From assembly GCA_024693285.1 (NCBI GenBank), contig JAILLE010000019.1, positions 45,701 to 109,700 on the forward strand: DNA of 64,000 nt, in the 5' to 3' direction. This stretch comes from Bacteroidales bacterium. Its GTDB lineage: Bacteria; Bacteroidota; Bacteroidia; Bacteroidales; UBA932. Shown here piece after piece: positions 19,123-29,693 of the stretch. Below the pieces are notes generated by a model. It saw only the letters and a list, made by a program, of their open reading frames with translations, was not told the origin of the DNA and made no database searches. The position numbers were made by a program, and so were the translations under genes. Position 1 is the stretch's first letter. The number at the start of each line of letters is the position of its first letter.

Positions 19123-19261
19123 TCCGGAAAAACGGAGTCAACATGACTGCAAAAATAAGAAATACTTGGCAGATAATTTCTTTCTTAGAAAAAAATGCTA
19201 AATTTGTACCCTTATTTTTATGCCCGGACGCAAAAACAATAAAAATATAAAGTAAAACATT

Positions 19262-22200
19262 ATGCAAAGTAAAGGTTGGATAAGGCTAGTCGCCATCTTG
19301 CTCGCCATCGCTTCGATTTGGCAGCTTTCTTTCACGGCGGTGACTGCCATCCAGGAAAGGAAGGCTGAGAAGTTCGCTGAGAAAGCGGCTGTCGCGGCCA
19401 TGAATTCCGCTTCGTTCGCCAAGGTTTCCCCTGAGGACCAGGCGTATTATCTTGATTCAATCAGGAAGGACCAGAACAGGGTCTACATTGATTCCATCTC
19501 CTCGAAGAAGGTCTATCTTTGGAACACTTACAAAGACACCAAGGCCAAGGAAATCAACCTCGGTCTGGACCTCAAGGGAGGTATGAACGTCATGCTCCAG
19601 GTCCAGCTTCAGGATCTTGTCAGGGCTCTGTCGGGTGATAACCCTTCACCTGCCTTCCAGCAGGCTCTAGCCCTTGCGAAAGAGAGAAGCGTCAACTCCA
19701 GGGATGACTTTATCACCCTCTTCGGCAACGCTTGGAAAGAGGTCGCTGGTGGCCAGAGGCTTTCCCAGATTTTCGGTACTTACGAGATGAAGGATAAGAT
19801 CAAGCCCGAGTCAACGGACGCCGATGTTATCGCTGTTATCCGCAGTGAGGCTGAGAGTGCCGTCTCGAACTCCTTCAACGTCCTTAGGAATCGTATAGAC
19901 CGTTTCGGTGTGACCCAGCCTTCTATCCAGAAGATCGGAAACAGCGGACGTATTCTTGTTGAGCTCCCCGGTGTCAAAGAGCCTGAGCGTGTCAGGAAAC
20001 TCCTCCAGGGTACGGCTTCCCTCGAATTCTGGGAGACTTTCACCAACCAGGAGATTTCCGGTTATCTCGCCGAGGCTAACGCCAAATTGGCCCAGATCCT
20101 CGCTGAGGAAACTCCCGCCGCTCCCGTTGAGGAGAATAAAGAGGCTGAAGGAGAGGACATCCTTGGATCAGAGCTCGCCCAGAACCAGAACGCTGACGCC
20201 GACCTCGAGGCATACAAGAAGCAGAACCCTCTGTTCGCTGTCTTGTCGCCCTCACAGTATACCGGCAACGCTTGCATAGGTTTCGCTTCCGGTGTTGACA
20301 CCGCTAAGGTCAACAGGTACCTCGCTATGCCTCAGATCGCCGAGATATTCCCTGCTGAGTTCATCCCGATGTGGTCTGTGAAGCCTTCAGAGATGTTCGA
20401 CTCCGACAATATCTTCGAACTCATCGCTATCAAGTCGACTTCCCGCAACGGAAAGGCCAAGCTTGACGGTGGTGTGGTCACCGATGCCCGCGTGGTCTAT
20501 GACCATGGCACCAACGGTGAGCCTTCCGTTTCCATGAGCATGAACGCGGAGGGCGCCAACATCTGGGCCCGCATGACTGGTGACAATGTTGGAAGGCAGA
20601 TCGCCATCGTCCTCGATGGAATGGTCTATTCCTATCCTAATGTCAACAGCGCCATTACTGGTGGAAACTCCTCTATCACAGGTCATTTCACTCCTGATGA
20701 GGCCACTGACCTCGTGAACGTATTGAAGTCTGGTAAGCTTCCCGCCCCTGCAACTATCATTCAGGAGCAGGTTGTCGGACCTTCCCTCGGAGCCAAGTCG
20801 ATCAAGGCTGGTATGATCTCCTTCCTGATCGCCTTCCTCCTCGTCCTTCTTTACATGATATTCTTCTATCAGGGTGCCGGTATCGCCGCTGACATCGCTC
20901 TGCTCTGCAACGTCCTGTTGCTCTTCGGAGTTCTCGTGTCCTTCGGCGCTGTCTTGACTCTGCCTGGTATCGCGGGTCTCGTGTTGACGATGGGTATGGC
21001 TGTGGATGCCAACGTTATTATATATGAACGTATCAAAGAGGAGCTCGCTGCCGGCAAGGGCCTGAGCAAGGCTGTGGCCGACGGTTACAAGAACGCCTAT
21101 TCCGCCATCATCGACGGTCAGGTGACCACCCTCCTTACAGGTATCGTTCTCTTCGTGTTCGGTTCCGGTCCTGTCCAGGGCTTCGCCACCACGTTGATCA
21201 TTGGTATCATCACCTCTGTTCTCACATCCATCTTCATTACCCGTCTTATCTTTGACGACCGTATCAAGAAGGGCAAGAACATCACGTTCGAGAACAGCCT
21301 TACCAAGAACTTCCTTAAGAATACCCATATCGACTTCATCAGCGCCCGCAAGGTGTCCTACATCGTTTCCGGTGCTCTGATCCTCATCTCGATCATCTCT
21401 ATTTTCACCAAGGGATTCACCTATGGTGTCGACTTCACCGGTGGCCGTACTTATGTCGTCCGTTTCGACAAGCCCGTTACCGCTGAGGAGATCCGCCAGG
21501 CCGCTATCGCTGAGTTCGACGGTGCCGTCGAGGTCAAGCAGTTCGGTGGTGAGAGCCAGATGAAGATCACGACCCAGTACAAGAACAATGAGGAGTCTTC
21601 CGAGGTTGACGCCGAGGTTGAGGGCAAGCTCTTCAACGCTCTCGCTCCGTTCTTCGCTGAGAAGTTGACCCTTGATGAGTTCAAGTCTACTCTTGGGAAC
21701 GCTAATGGTATTATTTCTTCCGACAAGGTCGGTCCTACTATCGCCAACGACATCAAGAGGGACGCTGTCATAGCCGTCATCCTCGCCCTGATCGTCATCT
21801 TCGCCTACATAGCCTTCAGGTTCAGGGGCTGGACATGGGGTCTCGGTGGTGTCGTCTCGCTGGCCCACACCGCTATCATCGTCATCGGTTTCTTCTCATT
21901 GTTTTCCGGCATCCTGCCGTTCAACCTTGACGTTGACCAGACATTTATAGCGGCTATCCTGACGATTATCGGTTACGCTATCAACGATAACGTGGTTATC
22001 TTCGACCGTATCCGTGAGTACAGGACCCTGCATCCGAACACCGATATCAAGACCAACACGAACCAGGCTCTTAACGCGACCCTGACCCGTACAGTCAACA
22101 CTTCGGTGTCCACCCTCGTCACCATGCTCGCTATCGCGATCTGGGGAGGTGAGTCCATCAGGGGTCTCGCTGTCGCTCTCATCCTCGGTATCCTGATCGG

Positions 22201-22315
22201 AACTTACGCTTCCATCTTCATCGGTACTCCTGTGATGTACGATGCCACAATCGCTCGTCAGAAGAAGCTTGCGGCTGCCGAGCCTGCTAAAGGAACGAAA
22301 AAGTCCGCGAAGTAA
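19262..22315 (+). CDS. secDF: Protein translocase subunit SecDF (fused)
   Basis: NLGLDLKGGM, RIDRFGVTQP, VGPSLG, GMAVDANVIIYERIKEE, GVDFTGG, GYAINDNVVIFDRIRE; strongly biased codon use. Confidence 0.98.
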   Translation: MQSKGWIRLVAILLAIASIWQLSFTAVTAIQERKAEKFAEKAAVAAMNSASFAKVSPEDQAYYLDSIRKDQNRVYIDSISSKKVYLWNTYKDTKAKEINLGLDLKGGMNVMLQVQLQDLVRALSGDNPSPAFQQALALAKERSVNSRDDFITLFGNAWKEVAGGQRLSQIFGTYEMKDKIKPESTDADVIAVIRSEAESAVSNSFNVLRNRIDRFGVTQPSIQKIGNSGRILVELPGVKEPERVRKLLQGTASLEFWETFTNQEISGYLAEANAKLAQILAEETPAAPVEENKEAEGEDILGSELAQNQNADADLEAYKKQNPLFAVLSPSQYTGNACIGFASGVDTAKVNRYLAMPQIAEIFPAEFIPMWSVKPSEMFDSDNIFELIAIKSTSRNGKAKLDGGVVTDARVVYDHGTNGEPSVSMSMNAEGANIWARMTGDNVGRQIAIVLDGMVYSYPNVNSAITGGNSSITGHFTPDEATDLVNVLKSGKLPAPATIIQEQVVGPSLGAKSIKAGMISFLIAFLLVLLYMIFFYQGAGIAADIALLCNVLLLFGVLVSFGAVLTLPGIAGLVLTMGMAVDANVIIYERIKEELAAGKGLSKAVADGYKNAYSAIIDGQVTTLLTGIVLFVFGSGPVQGFATTLIIGIITSVLTSIFITRLIFDDRIKKGKNITFENSLTKNFLKNTHIDFISARKVSYIVSGALILISIISIFTKGFTYGVDFTGGRTYVVRFDKPVTAEEIRQAAIAEFDGAVEVKQFGGESQMKITTQYKNNEESSEVDAEVEGKLFNALAPFFAEKLTLDEFKSTLGNANGIISSDKVGPTIANDIKRDAVIAVILALIVIFAYIAFRFRGWTWGLGGVVSLAHTAIIVIGFFSLFSGILPFNLDVDQTFIAAILTIIGYAINDNVVIFDRIREYRTLHPNTDIKTNTNQALNATLTRTVNTSVSTLVTMLAIAIWGGESIRGLAVALILGILIGTYASIFIGTPVMYDATIARQKKLAAAEPAKGTKKSAK

Positions 22316-22338
22316 TAATCCATAAAATGGGTTCAGAG

Positions 22339-22369
22339 AAACGCCAGCCTTCGGGTTGGCGTTTTTTTT
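22339..22369 (+). terminator. Rho-independent terminator of secDF
   Basis: AAACGCCAGCC-TTCG-GGTTGGCGTTT stem-loop followed by a T run. Confidence 0.9.
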
Positions 22370-22371
22370 AC

Positions 22372-22379
22372 TATATTTG
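22372..22379 (+). promoter_or_regulatory. -7 promoter element of aspA
   Basis: TATATTTG, 40 nt upstream of ATG 22420. Confidence 0.65.
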
Positions 22380-22419
22380 TGAAATTTAAAGCGATTTTAT
22401 AACCATTAATTAATAAAAC

Positions 22420-23811
22420 ATGAGCGAGAAATTCAGAATTGAATCAGACCTGCTGGGAGAACTTCAAGTCCCGGCTGACGCCTATTACGGAGTGCAGACC
22501 CAGAGGGCGTTGAATAACTACAAGATTTCAACTACCAGGATGTGCCATTATCCTGATTATGTCATCGCCATGGCTTGCATCAAGTACGGAGCGGCGAAGA
22601 CCAACAAGGAGCTCGGTGCCCTGGACCCGACAATAGCCGACGCCATAATGATTGCCTGCAAGGAAATCATTGACGGCAAATTCCATGACCAGTTCCCTGT
22701 GGACATGATGCAGGGTGGAGCCGGAACATCAGTTAATATGAATGCCAATGAGGTGATCGCCAACAGGGCCCTCGAGATTATGGGACACCAGAAAGGTGAG
22801 TACAAATATTGCTCTCCGAATGATCATGTCAACTGTGCCCAGTCAACTAATGACGCGTATCCTTCAGCCTTCCGTTATGCTTTCATCAGGATGAACCGTA
22901 AACTTGAGGCGAGCCTCAAGGATTTGATCGCGGCTTTCCGCGCGAAAGGTGAAGAGTTCAAGGATGTCATCAAGATGGGGCGTACCCAGTTGCAGGACGC
23001 TGTCCCTATGACTTCCGGCCAGGAGTTCCATGCCTACGCCACCAACCTTGAGGAGGAAGTCGCTAATCTTGAGAGGAATGTCAATCTCCTTTATGAGATC
23101 AATATGGGCGGTACAGCCATCGGTACCGGTCTTAACGCCAAGCCTGGTTTCGCTACCCTTTGCGCCGCCAACTTGACCGAGCTTACAGGCGAGAAGTTCA
23201 TCGCTGCCCCTGACCTGGTGGAGGCTACACCTGACACTGGCGCTTACGTGAGCTATTCCGGTGCTTTGAAGAGGCTTGCGGTCAAGCTTTCCAAGATATG
23301 TAACGACCTCAGGCTGATGGCTTCCGGCCCTCGCTGCGGACTTAATGAGATCAATCTGCCGCCCAAGGCTCCCGGTTCCTCAATCATGCCTGGAAAGGTC
23401 AATCCTGTCATCCCTGAGGTAACCAACCAGGTTTGCTTCAAGGTTATCGGCAACGATGTCACTGTCTCCTTTGCCGCCGAGGCTGGCCAGCTCCAGCTTA
23501 ATGTGATGGAACCTGTTATCGCCCAGTCGGTTATGGAGAGCATAACATGGCTGACCAATGCCATGAACACCCTCCGGAAGGAGTGCGTCGAAGGCATCAC
23601 GGTCAATAAGGAGCGTTGTTACGACATGGTAAAGAACAGCATCGGTATTGTTACCGCTCTTAACCCGATTATAGGTTACAAGGCCAGCACCAAGATAGCC
23701 AAGGAGGCTTTGGAGACCAATCGTTCGGTCTATGACATTGTCCTTGAGCAGGGTGTGATGACTAAAGAAGAGCTTGACAAGGCTCTCGATCCGGAGAATA
23801 TGATCGGATAA
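22420..23811 (+). CDS. aspA: Aspartate ammonia-lyase
   Basis: QGGAGTSVNMNANEVIAN, QSTND, GRTQLQDAVP, GSSIMPGKVNP, GQLQLNVMEP. Confidence 0.95.
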   Translation: MSEKFRIESDLLGELQVPADAYYGVQTQRALNNYKISTTRMCHYPDYVIAMACIKYGAAKTNKELGALDPTIADAIMIACKEIIDGKFHDQFPVDMMQGGAGTSVNMNANEVIANRALEIMGHQKGEYKYCSPNDHVNCAQSTNDAYPSAFRYAFIRMNRKLEASLKDLIAAFRAKGEEFKDVIKMGRTQLQDAVPMTSGQEFHAYATNLEEEVANLERNVNLLYEINMGGTAIGTGLNAKPGFATLCAANLTELTGEKFIAAPDLVEATPDTGAYVSYSGALKRLAVKLSKICNDLRLMASGPRCGLNEINLPPKAPGSSIMPGKVNPVIPEVTNQVCFKVIGNDVTVSFAAEAGQLQLNVMEPVIAQSVMESITWLTNAMNTLRKECVEGITVNKERCYDMVKNSIGIVTALNPIIGYKASTKIAKEALETNRSVYDIVLEQGVMTKEELDKALDPENMIG

Positions 23812-23821
23812 CCTGGACGGA

Positions 23822-26800
23822 TTATTCCAGGCCCCACGTTTGATTGGGTTCGGGCCCCATCTCGAGATCGAGCGTTCCTCCTTTCAGCAGTTCGGAAGCG
23901 GGGAATTTGAATGAGTTCCATATCTTCCCGTTCAACCGGGCGCTTTGGACGTAGATGTTCCTGCGTGAGGCGCCATGAGCCGTGATGACAAACTTGTCTC
24001 CGCGCCCATAGCGCCCGCCGAGGTCTATAGTGACCTCCTCAAACATAGGGCTGGCTATCTCATAGACCGGATCGACACCGCAGCCTCCATCCATCTGGAA
24101 AAGCCCTAGGGCGATCATCACGGCCCAGGCGCTCATCTGCCCCTGGTCCTCATCGCCCAGGTAAGCGTTGCCCAGCCCATAGCCATAGTAGCGATCCAGG
24201 ATTGACCGGCTCCAGCGCTGAGTCTGCCAGGGTTGGAGGGCATAATTGAACATCAGAGAGAAGTGCATGGACTGTTGGTTGCCCTGTACCACCGGATGAT
24301 CCCAGTATTGCTCGCCGGGCGCATTGTAACGGAATGGTTCGTCCCGCTCGAAACCGCTCAAGAGACGTTCGCTGAAGCGTTCCGCCCCTATCTTTTCCAC
24401 CAGGGCAGGGATATCCTGAGGGACAAAGAAGGTCAGTTGCCATGAATTTCCCTCCACATATTCTTCGTTGGCACCGCTCCGGTACGGGTCAAAGGGTTCC
24501 ATCCACTGTCCATTGCTGTCGCGCAGGTGGCAATAGCCATCCTCGCTGATAGCGTTCTTCCACCAGTATCCCCGATCGTTGAACCGCTCATAAATAGCCT
24601 CGTTGCCAAGAGCTTTAGCAAGTTGTCCGACGGTCCAGTCGTCATAGGAATACTCCATCGTGTTGGAGAAGCGTCCCTGGTCATATGGAACGTAATGATG
24701 CTCCATATAGGTGGCGAGGTCCCGGTTGCCGGCGAAGCCCTTGAAAACCTTGCCTCCGGGCGTGGTTTGCATCTTCACGGCAGCTTCCAGCAGTTTCCCG
24801 GTATCAAAATCCCGGATGCCCATCTGGTACGCGCTGACACATAGGGGTATTTCGTGTTCGGCCACCATCACTGGGATGTAGTTGAGACCGGCCGGACCCT
24901 TGGCCAGCCATCCGTTGGCATCGTACATGGCGAGCTGTGAGCGGACCCATTTGCCGGACCATTCAGGCACAACCAGGTTCCAGAACTGGTTTAGATTCCA
25001 GAAAGTGTTCCAGAATGCGTCGCAACCAAGCATGACATCGTTTGCGGGATCTTTTACGGTCCTTATCTTGCCATCCGTCGAGAGCCACTGTCCGTTGACA
25101 TCGCTCCAAATGTTGCGGCTGCAGACCGAACGGTACATGTGATTGTAGAAACGCTCTTTTTCCATGCGGTTGTCGGTCTTGACGGCAATCCGGGAGAAGA
25201 TATCGTTCCATACGTCCTTTTGATTTCGCACAACGGCTTCATAATCCCAGCCGAAGGGTCCGGTCACTTCGGATGCGAGGTTTTCTGAGGCGTTGGCAAT
25301 GCTGACCAGGGAGATCCCGGAACGCATCTGTACCATTGGTTCCGATGAATCGAAGGTGAAGAACAGCCCCGCCTCGGTGCAGTTGCCCCAGTGCTGGCCG
25401 CGGACATTTACGGCCACATCCGGTCCGGTCCAGGACCCGACACTCTTGATGTCCCGGTCGAATTCGAGCACGAAATTCACTTTATAATCCTGATCCGCGT
25501 CATGGCTCCAGACGCCAGGTGAAAGCTGGTGGCAGTATCCCTCAATCCTCCTCTCGCCCACCTGGCGGAACTCGGCGTCGGCGATCTTGAAATCGTATTC
25601 CGCTTGTGGATGAAGATCCACGAGTATGCGTCCGTCGCCCCGGTCGGTCGGGAAAGTGAAGCGGAAGAACCCGCAACGTGTCGTCGCGGACATTTCCGCT
25701 TCAATGTCATAATCTGTCAGATGTACGCTGTAACTGCCGATTCCGGCTTTCTCGCTGCGCTTGTCGATCCTTGAACGATAGCCTTCATCAGGTTGTGTCT
25801 CGTCTCCAACGGAAACCTTCAGTGGGCCGTTAGCTGGCATGATGCCGATTCCGGAGAGGGTCCATTCGTGTATGTGGCTGAAGCAACCGACATTCTCGAA
25901 ATTAGGCTGATATCCTGCCTGCCAGCCTATGTTCTGGTTGTCCGGGCTGAGTTTGACCATGCCGAATGGCATCCATGGCCCAGGGGCTATCATCCAGCGG
26001 GAATGGGAGCTACCGAGCCGAGTGTCCACATAGTCGGCATAGGTCTGGAGACGTCGCGGAGACCGGATTACGGTGCCGGAGGCCAGTTTCCTCGCTCCTT
26101 CCATCACTTCATACCGGCTCTCAGTCGCAGTCTCGACGGCTGGCATAGGGACTTCAAGGACGTAGCGTCCCTGTTCCAGTTTTTTCTTCATCAAAGGTTC
26201 TCCATCAAGTTTGACCGTAAGCTCTGGTGAACCCTTGAGCGATTCCGCATCCACAATCAGAGCCTGCGTCTTGTCGTCCAACTGGTAATCGGCAGCCTTG
26301 ACTTCCCGGATGAACGCGTTCCCGGGACGGATGACCCTGTAGGAGGAAGGACCAGTCAAGGAGATCGCGTCGAAAAGCACCCACGAACCCTCGATGATCG
26401 TGAGGGTCACGAGGTTGCCGCCCTGACGGAGGTCTGAACCCTTCAGCGCGATCTCAAGGGTCTCGGGGAAAGCGTTCGACAAGTCTCCGGCGAGGCTCAG
26501 CGTATCCGTGAGGTCGAGACCCTGGCTATTGGGAGGCTGGCCAGTAAGGTCTGCTTCCCCACGCTGAAGTTGTGTGTAATTGTCTTTTTCGTTTATGGTT
26601 ACCTTGAGAAGGGGCTTGAAGTGCGAAGCATAATCCGCCAGCGCTATATTGAGCGCGAAATCCTCGTCGTCGGCCGGTTGCTTGTCCAGTGTGAAGAGGA
26701 TATTGATGAAATTGGGCCGCCACCCGGCCATAGGGGCGGATCCGCCCCAATAATCAGTTATGCCGGCGAGAGCGTAGGGGAAATCGTTGTCTGGTCTTGA

Positions 26801-27001
26801 GTGCCCGATCACATAGACCCTGTCTTCATATCCGAAATCGGCTTCGAGATAATCCTTGAACCCGTCCGGAGCCAATGCGAACTCGTTAGGAGTGCCGTCG
26901 GGCTTCCCGATCGACCAGAGGGTCTTGCTTCCGGTCCGGCAGGAGGCGCATAATACGGCCGTAAAAGCCAAGACGGCCATGAATGAATATCGGGTTTTCA
27001 T
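23822..27001 (-). CDS. GH92 alpha-mannosidase with N-terminal accessory beta-sandwich domain(s), lipoprotein
   Basis: Start at ATG 27001 (MKTRYSF...LCASC). PFGMVKLSPD, FSHIHE, VEGNSWQLTFFVPQD, GNQQS, GDEDQGQMSAW. Confidence 0.92.
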   Translation of the reverse strand: MKTRYSFMAVLAFTAVLCASCRTGSKTLWSIGKPDGTPNEFALAPDGFKDYLEADFGYEDRVYVIGHSRPDNDFPYALAGITDYWGGSAPMAGWRPNFINILFTLDKQPADDEDFALNIALADYASHFKPLLKVTINEKDNYTQLQRGEADLTGQPPNSQGLDLTDTLSLAGDLSNAFPETLEIALKGSDLRQGGNLVTLTIIEGSWVLFDAISLTGPSSYRVIRPGNAFIREVKAADYQLDDKTQALIVDAESLKGSPELTVKLDGEPLMKKKLEQGRYVLEVPMPAVETATESRYEVMEGARKLASGTVIRSPRRLQTYADYVDTRLGSSHSRWMIAPGPWMPFGMVKLSPDNQNIGWQAGYQPNFENVGCFSHIHEWTLSGIGIMPANGPLKVSVGDETQPDEGYRSRIDKRSEKAGIGSYSVHLTDYDIEAEMSATTRCGFFRFTFPTDRGDGRILVDLHPQAEYDFKIADAEFRQVGERRIEGYCHQLSPGVWSHDADQDYKVNFVLEFDRDIKSVGSWTGPDVAVNVRGQHWGNCTEAGLFFTFDSSEPMVQMRSGISLVSIANASENLASEVTGPFGWDYEAVVRNQKDVWNDIFSRIAVKTDNRMEKERFYNHMYRSVCSRNIWSDVNGQWLSTDGKIRTVKDPANDVMLGCDAFWNTFWNLNQFWNLVVPEWSGKWVRSQLAMYDANGWLAKGPAGLNYIPVMVAEHEIPLCVSAYQMGIRDFDTGKLLEAAVKMQTTPGGKVFKGFAGNRDLATYMEHHYVPYDQGRFSNTMEYSYDDWTVGQLAKALGNEAIYERFNDRGYWWKNAISEDGYCHLRDSNGQWMEPFDPYRSGANEEYVEGNSWQLTFFVPQDIPALVEKIGAERFSERLLSGFERDEPFRYNAPGEQYWDHPVVQGNQQSMHFSLMFNYALQPWQTQRWSRSILDRYYGYGLGNAYLGDEDQGQMSAWAVMIALGLFQMDGGCGVDPVYEIASPMFEEVTIDLGGRYGRGDKFVITAHGASRRNIYVQSARLNGKIWNSFKFPASELLKGGTLDLEMGPEPNQTWGLE

Positions 27002-27026
27002 GCGTTGTTCGAGTCGGTTCAGGAAC

Positions 27027-27062
27027 AAAAAAAGCAGTGACCCGGAAGGCCACCGCCTTTTT
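27027..27062 (-). terminator. Rho-independent terminator of eno
   Basis: Minus strand GCGGTGGCC-TTCCG-GGTCACTGC followed by T7. Confidence 0.85.
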
Positions 27063-27080
27063 CTGTTCATTTAGAATAGT

Positions 27081-28415
<1,335 letters not shown>

Positions 28416-28427
28416 TCATCAATCTTA

Positions 28428-28435
28428 CAAATATA
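28428..28435 (-). promoter_or_regulatory. -7 promoter element of eno
   Basis: TATATTTG on the minus strand, about 40 nt upstream of the ATG. Confidence 0.65.
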
Positions 28436-28460
28436 AGAATTATTCCTAATAATATGAACC

Positions 28461-29693
28461 TTAAATACTCTCAACTCCAATAGCGGCGAGTAACTCGGCC
28501 CATTTTGTCAATACAGCGGCCTTGGCGCTGATGCAAGTCTCGGCGATGTCGTTGAACACCTGCACGGCGAGGAGGTAGTCAAGAAGGGATGAATCCCCCT
28601 TTGTATAAGCCGTCTTGCTGCTGTCCATGATCGTACGAGCTTGAGCGAGAGTTTCCTCTGAGTCATTCTCGTAAGTCTTGACAGCTGCCCTGTAGGATGA
28701 ATACGCCATCTTTACTTCCGCCTCAATCTGCTTTAATGCCGCCTCGTAGGCTGCCTCGGCTTGAAGGACGGCTTTCTCGGCCGCGACACGTTCTCCTTTG
28801 TTTGCTGAAGAGAACTTCAAAGGAATTGACACCCCGACAGTCACGCCTCTAAACATAGGGGCTGGAGCGATCTCGTTCCGGACTTCAGTGTTGTAGGAAT
28901 AACCCATATTCACGCCAAGGTCAGGAGCCCTCTGCGCCTTAACTAGAGCCAAGTTCTTCTCTGATAAGCTTTTGGACAAATATGCGGCCCTGATGTCCGC
29001 CCTGTTGTCCTGGGCCAAGGCAACCAGATACTCTATAGGATATTCTTTGACAGGCGTGGCGATATTCTCCGGGATATCCTGAATAACCATCCCGCCAGCG
29101 AGATAAGAGAGCGTGGTGAGGGCGTTTGAATATTCAGCTTCAGCTTGAATAAGATCTCCTTTCATGGCTTTGGATTCTATCGAAGACTCGAGAGCATCGA
29201 CTCTTCCAATTTCTCCCAATGCCGCCTTGAGGCTGTCCGAGACGGCTATAGCATCCATACTCTCACTTGTGGATTTTTTCAAGGAAAGGATTGACTGGGC
29301 TTGCCAAGCATTGGACCAGGCTTCTATGGCCTCGTAACGAAGGTTCCTGAAATAATCCTCCAAGAGTGCCTTGGTTATTTCAGCCTCTTCTTTCGCGACG
29401 GCTATCCGAGCCTTTCGGGCATTCGCGAGATTGAAATTATAGGATAATCCCAAATCCACGGAACGGCCCATCATCAATGTCCGGTCCTGGTTGTCGGAAT
29501 ACTCGGCCGTGAATTCGGGATCGTTGAATACCTTTGCGGCAATCGCTTGTGCATCAGCTATTTCCACATTGTACTTTTCCGCGATGTAAGCGGCATTCGA
29601 ACGTTCCACTTCAGCCAGAAAAGACTCAAGGGTCTGTGCCATCCCCGTCATGCAAAGTGACAAGACCAGCAGAAAGCTAAAAAACTTCTTCAT
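28461..29693 (-). CDS. TolC/CzcC-family outer-membrane efflux protein
   Basis: Signal peptide, helical OEP repeats, YTKGDSSLLDYL; last gene of the RND operon. Confidence 0.9.
   Translation of the reverse strand: MKKFFSFLLVLSLCMTGMAQTLESFLAEVERSNAAYIAEKYNVEIADAQAIAAKVFNDPEFTAEYSDNQDRTLMMGRSVDLGLSYNFNLANARKARIAVAKEEAEITKALLEDYFRNLRYEAIEAWSNAWQAQSILSLKKSTSESMDAIAVSDSLKAALGEIGRVDALESSIESKAMKGDLIQAEAEYSNALTTLSYLAGGMVIQDIPENIATPVKEYPIEYLVALAQDNRADIRAAYLSKSLSEKNLALVKAQRAPDLGVNMGYSYNTEVRNEIAPAPMFRGVTVGVSIPLKFSSANKGERVAAEKAVLQAEAAYEAALKQIEAEVKMAYSSYRAAVKTYENDSEETLAQARTIMDSSKTAYTKGDSSLLDYLLAVQVFNDIAETCISAKAAVLTKWAELLAAIGVESI

Noticed and set aside
20387-21868. 493-aa antisense ORF within secDF
   Set aside because: Shadow frame produced by the strong codon bias of a highly expressed gene; no recognisable motifs.
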